Shown here: positions 37,442 through 50,760 of the stretch, in pieces
Layout: the number at the start of each line of letters is the position of its first letter
Position numbering within the stretch: position 1 is the first letter of the stretch
NCBI RefSeq assembly: GCF_001194135.2
Contig: NC_068992.1
Coordinates: 13,957,464-14,021,463 of the forward strand
DNA length: 64,000 nucleotides
DNA from: Octopus bimaculoides
Taxonomy: Eukaryota
Direction: 5' to 3'
Notes under the pieces: model-generated
What the model was told of the DNA's origin: nothing
Seen by the model: the letters and a program-made list of their open reading frames with translations, nothing else
The model's database searches: none
Translations under genes and position numbers: made by a program

Positions 37442-39157
37442 TATGTTATGTGTGTGTGCGTGAAGTCATACGGTGTAGATCTTATCTTGTACTTCCAATT
37501 GTTGTTTACATTTGCTACGGTTGTAGACTGTTTGTTAAGTGTCATCTGACAGTTGTTTTAACACATCGAACGATTGTCTAAAGGCATTCTATGATAGTTA
37601 TCATTTTCAGATATGCTTCATGTCTGGATCTTCTATTTAGAATCTTTGACCCTTGAGTCTGTAGTTCTTCAACTCTCATGATTTACATCACGATCACAAG
37701 CACTTGCGCTGCACTTTCTCTTTAGTTACATGTTTATAATTTTGATATCCATTCGTTTACCAAACTTTCGAGTATGCGAAAATATTTCTTAGTTTTACAT
37801 CATTATATTCTGTGACTGCATTCAATTCGTTTCTTTTTTTTTTTTTCTGTAGACCCTACAGAAAAAAAATATTATAGAATTATTCAAGAGTTATAAGCAA
37901 AAATAATAATGGTAATATTAAGCCAATCAGAACATATTACAAAAAAAAAACATGAAAATATTGTGACATTTCTGATGTTTGCAACTTTTATAAAGATTTA
38001 TACATTCTATGAGAGAGGAAAAAAAAAGTGCAAAAGAAATTATTATAATGGTGAAAATCTTTGTAATAATAATAATAATAATATTAGTTAATGAAACGAT
38101 GAATACTAGAAGCAATACCATTTTTCATTATTCTTNNNNNNNNNNNNNNNNNNNNNNNNNNNNNNNNNNNNNNNNNNNNNNNNNNNNNNNNNNNNNNNNN
38201 NNNNNNNNNNNNNNNNNNNNNNNNNNNNNNNNNNNNNNNNNNNNNNNNNNNNNNNNNNNNNNNNNNNNNNNNNNNNNNNNNNNNNNNNNNNNNNNNNNNN
38301 NNNNNNNNNNNNNNNNNNNNNNNNNNNNNNNNNNNNNNNNNNNNNNNNNNNNNNNNNNNNNNNNNNNNNNNNNNNNNNNNNNNNNNNNNNNNNNNNNNNN
38401 NNNNNNNNNNNNNNNNNNNNNNNNNNNNNNNNNNNNNNNNNNNNNNNNNNNNNNNNNNNNNNNNNNNNNNNNNNNNNNNNNNNNNNNNNNNNNNNNNNNN
38501 NNNNNNNNNNNNNNNNNNNNNNNNNNNNNNNNNNNNNNNNNNNNNNNNNNNNNNNNNNNNNNNNNNNNNNNNNNNNNNNNNNNNNNNNNNNNNNNNNNNN
38601 NNNNNNNNNNNNNNNNNNNNNNNNNNNNNNNNNNNNNNNNNNNNNNNNNNNNNNNNNNNNNNNNNNNNNNNNNNNNNNNNNNNNNNNNNNTGGTGGTGGT
38701 GGTGGTGGGGATTTGTTATTATATTTTCTATTATTATTATTATTGTCATTATTCTTGTGATGTACATTTTTTTTTTTTTCCTTGAGAAAGTACATTTTTG
38801 TTCACCAGTGTATTTTCATAAGATTTATTATCTGCTTTACTAGAAATGCTACAGAATTTATTACAAAAAGCAGGAATTAAACTGCGGTGTTTTTATTTTC
38901 TTCTTTTACACATACAAAAGTTCGAACTCAAGGTAAAGATGACTTCGTATAATGCATATTGGTTTACAGATTGTGATTTGATGCCATGTCGCCATGTTGG
39001 CAGTAAATAAAATATCACATGAATAAATAGAATAGATTGGTAAATAAATAAATTTACAGTTATATATGAGCTGGGAGAGCAATGTTATATAAAAAAAAAA
39101 TCTTGGTGCAGTAACATTCAGACAGTTTGTATATAAATTCTTCGTATCGCATTTGAT

Positions 39158-39208
<51 letters not shown>

Positions 39209-39297
39209 ATGAATGTATATATATACGTAAACAGATATATAATAAGAANNNNNNNNNNTCTATTCCGACAACAGAGAGCACGATGATGATGATGATA

Positions 39298-39356
<59 letters not shown>

Positions 39357-39529
39357 AAACAACAACAACAACAATAGCAACAAAAATAACAGCATTATTT
39401 GCACTTAGAAAAGTAATCACAGTGAAAGATAAATTTTCTCGCGCACACGCGAAAGATATGGAAATATTCACACACACCAGCGCACAAATATTAAAATACA
39501 CGCATATTAGAATACATATTACACCTTTC

Positions 39530-40652
39530 TACAGAAGGATTCCTATAAGCTTCCATATTGTATGTTGTCTATTCTTTTCTTAGAGAGAATGCAGCATAAA
39601 TAAACTGTTGAGTAAGCGAACTCAGCCTCTCCGTAACTCCAAATAGATACGTTGTAGAATAGTTCGCCGTCATTTTTCCCCCACCAGGCATCACTGTGAA
39701 GCAGGATCGACTTTCCAGGTTTTAACAATGTTTCTGATATTGATATATTTCAGGTAATGTGTTTAATGAAGCCTAATGCCTTCACGAGGTACTGAAGTGT
39801 AGAAATCTGTGATATAAAATTGATTGAATATGCAGGCTGTTTTGTTCACGATGCCGCCGACCAGTTGATTACAGTAGAGCTACAATCCCATTTGATCATT
39901 CTCATATCAATTTTACTTACATCGAGAAACGCTTAATCACAATGCCTGTCTTGTTCTTAGAGTATTTAGGAATAGAAAGGAATTTCGGATCTGGTCCTTA
40001 AGTCTGGTATTAGGAAGGCGCTTCGTGAGACATCCTTCTATCTTCGGGAGTGTAGCTAACACCTTCGTTTCTGTATTTCTATCATTGTATATTGAAATAT
40101 GTTTTTTGTATGTTTGTAGGAAGATGTTTGTAAGTAGTCTTTTGTGTGTGATCTCTTTATTTGATATACGATCTTTCTTTCGTCGACGAGAAATTGTAAA
40201 CTAGGGTATTATTTAGTCTGCCACGTGATGTGCCACGTGACAGTTTAAAGATTTTTATTGAATCAACTCCAAAATTGTCAAGATCCTTTATCTAGGGAGG
40301 AGATTTCTTTGACTTAAAACCGAATTTGTCTGCAAATAAGCTGAAGGTCGGATTTTCGAAATGTACTCTTTGTAGTACATGTATTGTAGCACACTTTCCA
40401 TTTCTTCAAAAAGGCAGAATGTTAAAGAAATCTTCTTTGATGGTATTTGGATAGTTTTCATCGTGTCTAGATGCAGCTGTGTCACCACCTTCAACTGTTT
40501 ATCGCTGTTTTCGACTAGAGTCTTATGAGCGGATAAATAAATGGAAGTATTACTCAACACATTCATTTGGAGTTATGTTTAATAATAGTTTGACTCAACT
40601 CTACATTACATAAAATTTCGTGGAGGCAAGTGACGTCCACATCATCAGATGT
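39530..40652 (-). mobile_element. Penelope-like element remnant: 5' HHR, ORF N-terminus and RT (decayed, no endonuclease seen)
   Basis: Ordered motifs MKTIQIPSK..EEMESVL, KFGFKSKKSPP, LKDQ, VINW, FNQFYITDFYTSV, KSILL..LFYNVSIWSYGEAE, YRN correspond to the PLE motifs MKNIPIPS, YGFKS..PP, LKDH, FIQFDIVDFYPSI, FDVTMGSYDGAE, YRDD. Confidence 0.85.
40608..40652 (-). ncRNA. Minimal type-I hammerhead ribozyme at the PLE 5' end (stem III mutated)
   Basis: ACAU-CUGAUGA-U-GUGGA(CGUCACUUGCC)UCCAC-GAAAUUUU-AUGU; on the same strand as the RT, about 45 nt upstream of the 40566 ATG. Confidence 0.7.
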
Positions 40653-41700
40653 TTGGAGTCAGAGTAGCAAAAATTTAAAAGAAATTCGAAATAGCAGACA
40701 GTTAAAAGTAGGCCAGCTTCGGTTTGTCAGTTAAGGTCACGTGGATTTTTAACTGTGTAGAGACGTCAGATTTTTCCACCTAGAAGAGCATACAGGAACT
40801 TAATATTTAATCGTCCTTATTTAAAGTTTGACATTTCAGCAGCGATCCAATATACGTGTCTGTCTGTCTGTGTGTCTGTGTATGGGTGTGTACTAATTCT
40901 TTGGTGGGGTCGACTTCGACTTTTTTTATCCAAAAGGATTTTTAACCCAATATATAGTGCTTACATTTTATGTATGTATGTTTGTATATAAGTATGAATG
41001 TATGTATGTATGTATGTATGTATGTATGTATGTATGTATGTATGTATGTATGCGTGTATATAAGTATATATGGGTGGGACTGTTGGCGACGGTAATCTTG
41101 GTAACTCTGACGATTCTGTAGAAATTAACTGATGCTTCGAAAACCGTAGTTGAATTAAAGGTGTCTGTATTGTTATCAATATCTACATGTCTTACTTTTG
41201 TTGCTCTCCTTCTCGTCTGAAACGTCTAGGGAAGCCAAAGAGATTACATACGAATGTTATATCACTTGAATGTCTTGGCTAGAGATCACACAGAGATCGC
41301 CTGACCAAACAAGAATGGATTTTGAAACACGAAACATGAAATATAAATATAAATGAGGGAGATTAACGGTTTCAGAAGAGATGTACGTTAAACGACTGGA
41401 GATAAAAAGAAAACTGACAAAATAATTCTTCTCATTTTAATCAAAATCAATAGACTCTAATTGAAATTAGCGTGGACATAATCCAAACAAGTGATCCGTT
41501 AAGTGGTCGCTTTGCCGAATTGTAAAAGAATATGAATTTATCTTGTATGGCAAGATAAGCTCTCAAATAAAGTACACCTGGCCTAATAAATGTTCTACGT
41601 ACACAAATAAAGTACGGTGATGGATGGAATGTGTTTAATTATAGATATGCTCGACCGGGGTTGATTTAGGCCTAGTTGCAAGAGAAAACTACAAACGTAG

Positions 41701-41856
41701 TTTATTTACATTATTTACATTATTTACATTCGACGGATATTTGTCCTCATCTTGTTTCTTGTTAACACAACATTTCGGCTGATATACCCTCCAGTCTTCT
41801 TTAGGTGTCTTGGAGAAATTTCAAACCTGGGTTCTCATTCCTAAGGTATTTTTCGA

Positions 41857-41922
<66 letters not shown>

Positions 41923-42009
41923 TTAGGTCAATGCTGGGAATCGAACTCTGAATCTTGGGGTTAGTAGCCCGCTCTCTTATGCCATATTACCACTATGCCA
42001 TATGCCCAC
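41701..42009 (-). mobile_element. Family F element, left arm (head, long (AAT)n, mutated HHR, tail)
   Basis: B box GAGTTCGATTCC on the minus strand near 41937-41948; HHR remnant GACAC-CUAAAGA-A-GACUG..CAGCC-GAAAUGUU-GUGUU; (AATGTAAAT)x3 tail. Confidence 0.9.
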
Positions 42010-42125
42010 GGGCATATGGCGTAGCAGTGATTTCCACAAGACACCTGAAGAAGGCTGGAGGGCATATCAGCCGAAACGTTGTGTTAACAACAAACAAGGT
42101 ACATAATTCCTCATCGCTTAAAATC
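42010..42125 (+). mobile_element. Family F element, right arm (internally deleted, HHR intact)
   Basis: GGGCATATGGCGTAG head joined to tttccacaagacacctgaagaagg..gaaacgttgtgttaacaacaaacaag. Confidence 0.85.
42040..42085 (+). ncRNA. Minimal type-I hammerhead ribozyme, family F (core intact)
   Basis: GACAC-CUGAAGA-A-GGCUG(GAGGGCAUAU)CAGCC-GAAACGUU-GUGUU; 5-bp stems I and II, ACGU palindrome, predicted cleavage after 42080. Confidence 0.8.
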
Positions 42126-44093
42126 TCTTAAAAACAAACGTATTTATTTACAAACGTAGTTATTTAGCTTACCTATACAATATTTTCCACTACTTATGAT
42201 TATGATTGTTACCAAAATATTGAACGCTATTGCACATACGTTATTAGCTGGGTCTTACATGAGCCAATGTACAGTTATTCACGATAACCATCGCCTTGTT
42301 AGAGATTATAGACTGTACCTGAAAATTTAAGACGGTGGTGTGTGCGGTCGTCTCTGACAAGTTTCGTTTGAAAATATAAGAAGTTAGTCATAGATGCAAA
42401 GCTACAAATTTTAAGTGTGAACGAGCAGGGTTAAACAACATCTACGTCTTAATATTGAACATTGGAAATATAACAACGTGGAAGATATAATCAAATCATT
42501 TTAAGAATTAATGAAATACTGCCATATAAAGTTATTATATCAATCTTATGTACTGCTACATTAATAATAATCAGGGGAAAAATTATTTGCAGATATTTCG
42601 AAAATTTACTCGAAGTATATTGATTTTTGCAGTTGTTTGAAAATTGAAAAAAATATCAACTTAGTGCCATTATTATTAATAATACTATGCTGTTTGATTA
42701 GGCTTGTTTTACTTCCCATAACAATTAACTATTAATGCCGCTGGTATAGCATCTCTAATATTCCTCATGCAATTTGCTACTCAATATATTAAGACTACAG
42801 ACACACACGCACGCACACACACACACACACATATATATGTTGCATAAACTATACATAGTAATGAAAGTATATATCAGAATATTTATTGCATATTTCTAAT
42901 CTAAGACAGTTACACACACACGCACATAGACACACACACAATTACATACATACATACATACATTCATACATACATAGAGAGCAAGATGTATTGATAGATA
43001 GACATGTAGATAGAAACACAGATAGAAAAAGATAGAAATATATTTACATGTATACATCTTTGCGCGCGCACATACACACAAGTGTGTATGTGTGTGTGTG
43101 TGCATATGTGTGTGTGTGTGTATGTGTCTGCGTTTGTGTGTGGGTGTTTAATATTTATGCTACCTTTCAAATAGGTTTTCACAATATCAGAAATGATGGA
43201 ATTTATAGAAATAATCAGATAGGTCTGGCGACAGTGAATGTGGTGGGTGTGTTGGAGACGCTATCGTTGCTTTTCCTCATAATAATGACGCGGCTGTTCT
43301 TGTTGTTGTTGTTGTTGTTGTTGACGACGATGACGATGGAAGCAGTTTGAGGAGGGAGAAGGAAGAAGTGGATAACTTTGATCGGATTAATTATTATTGT
43401 CAATAGCATGAAGCTTTCCATTAGAAATCACTATCATTATTAATGTCTCCATTATCATCATCATCCTAATTATGACATTAATTACAATTATTATATTGTT
43501 ACTAATTATCATATTGAGTTTGATTTTGCAATTTCGTGTGTAATAATTGTTTCGATGCTAACGATGATGATGATGATGATGATGATGATGACGACGACGA
43601 CGACGACGACAACGATGACGGCGTCAGCGGCGGCGGTGGTGTTGAAAGAGGAGCTGGTGACGATGACAACGATAATGAAGGAAATACTATTGTGGAATAT
43701 GTTATCATTTACCATTGTTTTAGTAACTACCTGTTTGTAGTCTTGGTAATCCTGCAAATGTCTGTTTTCTCTCTTGCTTTGGTTTTTTTTTTTTTTTCGG
43801 TTTTGTACGACAGATTTTGTAGTTTTGGAAAAAAGGAAATTTACTAGTTTTTTTTTGCGAACAAACTATTTCCGAGAGTGAAAGGGAGAGAAGATTACTT
43901 GCAGAAAGTGTAAGAAAGCGAAAATGTGAAATGCAAAGTTGACCTAGGGTGAACTTGATCATAAAACACCTCGATGAATACCGCATGGAACCCTATGCTT
44001 CGCTCTTACCACTCCACCAGTTCGCTAAGTATAAACATAAAGATACTACATAATTAATATGTGGATACAATGACGCTGTTTTCCACCTTTAAC

Positions 44094-44470
44094 TGGCTCT
44101 CCGTCGATTACAACGACGAGGGTTCCGGTTGATCCGATCAACGGAACAGCTTGCTCGTGAAATTAACGTGCAAGTGGCTGAGCACTCCACAGACACCCGT
44201 ACCGTTAACGTAGTTCTTAGGGAGATTCAGTGTGACACAGTGTGACAAGGCTGACCCTTTGAAATACAGGTACAACAGAAACAGGAAGAAAGAGTGAGAG
44301 AAAGTTGTGGTGAAAGAGTACAGCAGGGTTCGCCACCAGCCCCTGCCGGAGCCTCGTGGAGCTTTAGGTGTTTTCGGTCAATAAACACTCACAACGCCCG
44401 GTCTGGCAATCGAAACTGCGAACCTATGACCGCGAGTCCGCTGCCCTAACCACAGGGACATTGCGCCTCC
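44094..44470 (-). mobile_element. Family E tRNA-headed SINE, full length
   Basis: Reverse complement of 10783-11158 with scattered substitutions. Confidence 0.9.
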
Positions 44471-45081
44471 ACAGGTCACAACTACAGACACAAAATAATA
44501 ATCCTTTTCTAAGATTACAAACTCATTGTTGTCCAAATTCAAGTACTGTACTGGTTTTTAGACTTAAACGAATTTTATTTTCGGACTGGATTTTAGGGAT
44601 TTTGTGAGTGAGCCCTTTCTAATTTAAGATTTGCTCACTTGCGAAGGTTTCACACGCTCACGCGTACAGATTTCCATGATAGATAGTGCGAGTAGACATA
44701 CTGGATTTGGTAGTCATGGTGGGTGGCTGGATGATGTTGATATTGATAATGACGATTATAATAAGGAAGAGGAAGGGGAGGAGAACGGTGGAGAAGGTGT
44801 TTGTTATTTTTGTCGTAAGAAGAAATTGCTCGTTTTCTTACTTGTCCCAGTAAGAAGAGTGTTGTATGATGGCGGCGGTTTTCAGGCGGATGCTGGTAAT
44901 GCAAGCGTGATGATGGTAGTGGGAGCAGTGGCGTTTGTCACGTTCGCTGTTACTACTGTAATTGTCAGTGCTTCCTGAAAAATGATTTTCTTTGATGTAT
45001 TCTAACTCAGCTAATTCCTTGTGATGCTAATTGAAAATATAGGTAAGTCTTCACGACATATATCTACACGCATACACACTA

Positions 45082-45132
<51 letters not shown>

Positions 45133-45388
45133 NNNNNNNNNNNNNNNNNNNNNNNNNNNNNNNNNNNNNNNNNNNNNNNNNNNNNNNNNNNNNNNNNNNN
45201 NNNNNNNNNNNNNNNNNNNNNNNNNNNNNNNNNNNNNNNNNNNNNNNNNNNNNNNNNNNNNNNNNNNNNNNNNNNNNNNNNNNNNNNNNNNNNNNNNNNN
45301 NNNNNNNNNNNNNNNNNNNNNNNNNNNNNNNNNNNNNNNNNNNNNNNNNNNNNNNNNNNNNNNNNNNNNNNNNNNNNNNNNNNNNNNN

Positions 45389-45446
<58 letters not shown>

Positions 45447-46249
45447 ATGTATCTCTGCGCGAATGCAGTCCTTTGCGTATGTAATTAAATACTTAATTTA
45501 CCTAGTCGTATTTTCCACAAATGTACTGTGTTTTGATTTTTACGCACACTCACATATATAGGTATACATAGACATATGTGGGTCTGTCCGTCTTTTACGT
45601 GCGGGTGTGCATGCGTGCATATGTTTCATGTAAATGTGTTACCGTACACAATGAGAGAAAGACTTCTCGTATATGTGTGAAGAAAATAACGTGTGTGTTA
45701 AACTTAAAATCTGTATTGTGTATATAATACAAAACCGCCCATACACAGGAACACACACATATATGTGTGTCTGTGCCCGTTTTATGCAATAGAAGGAGCA
45801 ATAAATAAAAAGAAGCCATCTATTTATAGTAGTTAATGTAAATACACAATTGAAAGGCAATCTGCTGCGCTTTTCGTTCAGATATAACATCTCTTTTTGA
45901 CGTACTGCGTTTAAAAATACAATATAAATATCGAAGGGAGAGGACACGATCCTTTATCCATAGCAGTCTACATAACATTAGCTCTCATTTCTTCTTATCT
46001 CCGTTTTCAAATGCAGTTTAGTCTTCTGTACAGTTATCTGAAGCATAGAATAAGCTCTGGTGCTTTGGGAGGCTATGGATATACTGAGCAACCTATGTAG
46101 CTAATAACGTTGTCGAAAAATCCTTACAAAGCTGAGATTGAGCTGCATTTCACTAATATTAATGGTTATCTAAGTGATTGACAGAGAGAAAGACAAAGTG
46201 ACATGTACAAAGAGAAAGTTGAATCTCCTCAAATATTCGACCATTAATA

Positions 46250-46371
46250 TTATTTATCGATCATGAAATGACGAAAGATGAAGTTGACCTCCACAGGATT
46301 TGAACTCGAATCGCCAGAATGAATAATGCAAAACATTCTAACCGACGATCTAGTAACCTTGCCACCTCACC
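46250..46371 (-). mobile_element. Family A SINE, decayed
   Basis: ttatcgatcatgaaatgacgaaagatgaagttgacctc..gatttgaactc. Confidence 0.55.
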
Positions 46372-47234
46372 ATTTTCATCGCCAACAGAAAATAATTTCT
46401 ACCTACAGACATCTTGGTCATTATGTGTGAAACGAGCATCTACTGCATCAATCTGCTCAATATTGATTACATGTTTTTACGAAAAATCTAAAGCATCCAG
46501 AAAAGAGTAGAATCGATATAATGTACTTCATTACTCAGCAGGTATTTCACCCGAACAAGGTCAACTTCGTAAAACACGGAGATATGAAAGTAAATAATTT
46601 CAAGCATTTGGTCCTATTTTATAAAGATCTTTGTACTTTTGCCAAATTTTGCCACTACAACAGCTACAATAATGATAATATTAAATAACCAGTTGTCACC
46701 TAGATTTCCACAATATACTGTTTGTTAATTATCCCATTTACCTAGTTTACTACAGACTTAAAATTGCTGGAAATTACTTTCATGTGTTCTGATCATAGAA
46801 GAATAAAACAATCACCAAGAACTAATCTTCTTTTTGCGCTTTATGACGTACATCTATCTCATAAACATAGCTGCAAGTGTGTCTGTCTACCAATCTTTCC
46901 TTCTCTCTCGTTGTTTGTAACAGAGAGAATAGTCTCTCAGCATATTAATGCCAATATTCCTAAATAGAAACAATATAACGTTAAAGAGAATAAGCAGCGA
47001 AAACTTATTGGGTTTCTAACATCCGATTGATGTCAATATTGATTATATTCACACATAGTTTAACAGAAAACAAGACAATAATTGTGATACAATTTCAGTT
47101 ACAATATCTGTGTGCGTGTGCGTGTGCGTAAGTGTGTGTATAAGTGTGTGTATGCGCCCGTGTGTGTATAAACACACACACACATACACACACATATACA
47201 TATATATGTATATATATGTATATGTATATATATA

Positions 47235-47269
<35 letters not shown>

Positions 47270-49679
47270 NNNNNNNNNNNNNNNNNNNNNNNNNNNNNNN
47301 NNNNNNNNNNNNNNNNNNNNNNNNNNNNNNNNNNNNNNNNNNNNNNNNNNNNNNNNNNNNNNNNNNNNNNNNNNNNNNNNNNNNNNNNNNNNNNNNNNNN
47401 NNNNNNNNNNNNNNNNNNNNNNNNNNNNNNNNNNNNNNNNNNNNNNNNNNNNNNNNNNNNNNNNNNNNNNNNNNNNNNNNNNNNNNNNNNNNNNNNNNNN
47501 NNNNNNNNNNNNNNNNNNNNNNNNNNNNNNNNNNNNNNNNNNNNNNNNNNNNNNNNNNNNNNNNNNNNNNNNNNNNNNNNNNNNNNNNNNNNNNNNNNNN
47601 NNNNNNNNNNNNNNNNNNNNNNNNNNNNNNNNNNNNNNNNNNNNNNNNNNNNNNNNNNNNNNNNNNNNNNNNNNNNNNNNNNNNNNNNNNNNNNNNNNNN
47701 NNNNNNNNNNNNNNNNNNNNNNNNNNNNNNNNNNNNNNNNNNNNNNNNNNNNNNNNNNNNNNNNNNNNNNNNNNNNNNNNNNNNNNNNNNNNNNNNNNNN
47801 NNNNNNNNNNNNNNNNNNNNNNNNNNNNNNNNNNNNNNNNNNNNNNNNNNNNNNNNNNNNNNNNNNNNNNNNNNNNNNNNNNNNNNNNNNNNNNNNNNNN
47901 NNNNNNNNNNNNNNNNNNNNNNNNNNNNNNNNNNNNNNNNNNNNNNNNNNNNNNNNNNNNNNNNNNNNNNNNNNNNNNNNNNNNNNNNNNNNNNNNNNNN
48001 NNNNNNNNNNNNNNNNNNNNNNNNNNNNNNNNNNNNNNNNNNNNNNNNNCATATATATGCATATATATGCATACACATAACAAATATATATGTATGTGTA
48101 TGTGTGTGAGAGAGAGAGCGTGTGTTTGTGTGCGCGCGCTCGCGTATGTGAGTGAGAGAGAGAGATAGAAAGAGAGAGATAATTGATTTGTTGTTAAAAA
48201 AAGCAGAAACAAAAATTCCGAATATTTCCCAAAAGATTCTCTGCGTTTTCATGTATTGGCTCAATTTCTAATTTTGTTTAGTTATTTGTTTCTGGCAATT
48301 GAAATTTATTTACATTGTGGAAAGGCCTTAGTGTAAGTGATTCTTAATTGAAAATAAAATTTCAATTCGTCTACACACTTTAGAAGTGATACTCAGCTCT
48401 GGCTTTCCACTGGTATCGATAAACTCTTGATGGATTTGACTCAGGTTCCTGTAGTATTTACCTATCGCCCCTTTATTCGTCATAGCAAAGAACCTTACGA
48501 GCAAGTCTGCTACTGACAATAATATGTAAGCTTCCAATCCCATTACCTTCGAAATAAGGTATGAATTAACACAGGAATACTATAGTCTACCCCTAAATAG
48601 CTTGTACATCAATTGAATCCATCTATACATCTTAAAATAATTAAGATGTTAATGGACATGTAAACAAGTTTTGAAAAATATTATTTTTTACTGTTTGTGC
48701 AATTACGAATTAAGATGTTAGACAGGAAAGATCACATGAGTCATCAGATATCTCAGGAATAACAAGTATCCACTTAGTCTTTCTAGCTGATCTCAAGAGC
48801 GTTCTTCAAATATATCTCCATATACAACTTGTCCAATGGAAAACATTGTTAAAACAATAAGTAATCACAAATCAAAAGTCTTCATTCTTGTATATTTATA
48901 CTCTTGCTACGATCATTGGAATGCGGCTATGCTGGTGCACCAGCTTTAGTAAATCAAATCAACCCAGTATTTATTTTCTTTGAAGTCTGACCCTTGCCAT
49001 ATGTGTCTCTTTCAGCATAATTCAAATACAAAAGTTCTCTTACGTTAGTTCTACAAACCTTAATGGAGTAGATTTTTGTGGAGATGCACATTAGGGACGA
49101 TTTAAAGGATATTAAGTAGTTGTGTAATAACATTCTAAACAATAATAACTTATCTGTAATTGCTATATGAGGACGAGATGAGCATTTTGCCCAGCGTACT
49201 AGCAATTCTGCCAGCTCGCCCTTAGATGGAGGATAAATATTGACATCACTACAATTATACTCAGTATTCTACTAATATGGAAGAGAATATCAAGGGTGCA
49301 TATGCTCATAGAAGAATATAATCCAAAATTCATTACTTATATACAACATAACGCAAGAATATTCATTTCCCGTTAGAAAAAAAAAAGGAAGGAAAAATGC
49401 TAGCATTTTCTTAATCCCTGGCAACACTGTGCCAACCACACGAAATCAGACTGTTCTAAAATCATGGAATCGCGTCTTTATGAAGATGAAGATGAGATAC
49501 CCTTGAAATATTAAATAGATAAATAGTTTAGAAGCGTTAAGGTTCAGAAATGAAAATAAAGGTTTAATATGGGGATACGAAAAGTCTATAATGAAAAACA
49601 AGATAAAACATAAATACTCCCATACCTCAAAGAAATTATAATATTTAGGTTCAATTTTTATTTATTATTACAGGCTTTA

Positions 49680-50132
49680 AGGCGGCAAGCTCGCAGAATC
49701 GTTTGCACACCGGGTGAACTACTGAGTGGTATTTTGTCTGCAGCTACTTTCTGAGTTCAAATTCCGCATGGGTCGATTTTGCCTTTTATCATTTCGAGGT
49801 CGATTAAGTAAGTACCAGTTACGGACCGGGGTCGATGTAATGGACTTAAACCCTTCGCCCAAATTTGAGGCCCTGTGCTTCCAGTAGAAAGGATTATTTT
49901 TACAGACTTTAAGGCGGTGAGCTGGCAGAATCATTAGCACTCTGGGCAAAATGCTTAGCGACATTTAGTCCAGGCTGACGTTCTGAGTTCAAATTCCTCC
50001 GAGGTCAACTTTGTATTTCATCCTTTCGAAATCGATAAAATAAATAAATAAATGCCAGTTTCGCACTGGGGACGATATAAACGACTAAACCCCTCCCTCA
50101 ATAGTCCAGGCTATGTGCTTACGGTAGAAAGA
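49680..50132 (+). mobile_element. Two family A SINEs in tandem
   Basis: Monomers about 49680-49893 and 49912-50132, each starting AGGCGG..AGCT.GCAGAATC and ending GTAGAAAG.A. Confidence 0.85.
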
Positions 50133-50727
50133 ATTATTTCAAACTTTATTGTGTATATCATTATTAGCCAGTAAATTATAAGTTCAAATCCTATGGAAGG
50201 CAACGTTGTATCTCACCCTTTTGAAGTTGGTAAAATGAAGAACTACTTATGTACTGAAGTCAATTGTTTCGAGTAACAACCCCTTTTCAAATTTACTTTA
50301 TTTTTGCCAAAATCACAAACCGTTATTAATCAGTATGCTTTCTTGTTAATGGCTTAGCATATCATCGTGAAATGTTAACGCAAACCAAATAACACAATAA
50401 GCCTGAAGAAGGAATATCTCTGAGCTATATTTTTAATCTGTAGTGAAGTTATAAAAAAGTATTATTATTTCTAGCACTTTCACAGAAGGATGCCTGAGTG
50501 GTATAATTTTCTTCCACACCTGAAAAGTACAGTAGAGAAAATTATATTTAGCAGGACATATATCCCAAAATGTATGAGAACACGAACCGTATTTAAATAG
50601 TTCATCGAGGATTCATATTTGAACATAATTGCTGCTCTATATTCTCGCAACTCGTAATTAAATCTTAAACTAATGTATGCAGTACTATTATTGGTGAGCT
50701 CATATAAGTATGTGTGCGCACAGATGT

Positions 50728-50760
<33 letters not shown>

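Noticed and set aside
41106-41152. CTGACGA...GAAA spacing suggestive of a hammerhead
   Set aside because: No stem II closing pair, no stem III and no stem I complementarity.
43300-44980. Acidic or low-complexity ORFs (43536-43847, 44631-44978) with codon-like periodicity
   Set aside because: Explained by decayed GAT/GAC/GGT trinucleotide repeats; no splice or homology support.
48300-48700. Possible LINE fragment (YLGV, GNGIGSL motifs) on the minus strand
   Set aside because: The motifs point to inconsistent domains; I cannot assign it.
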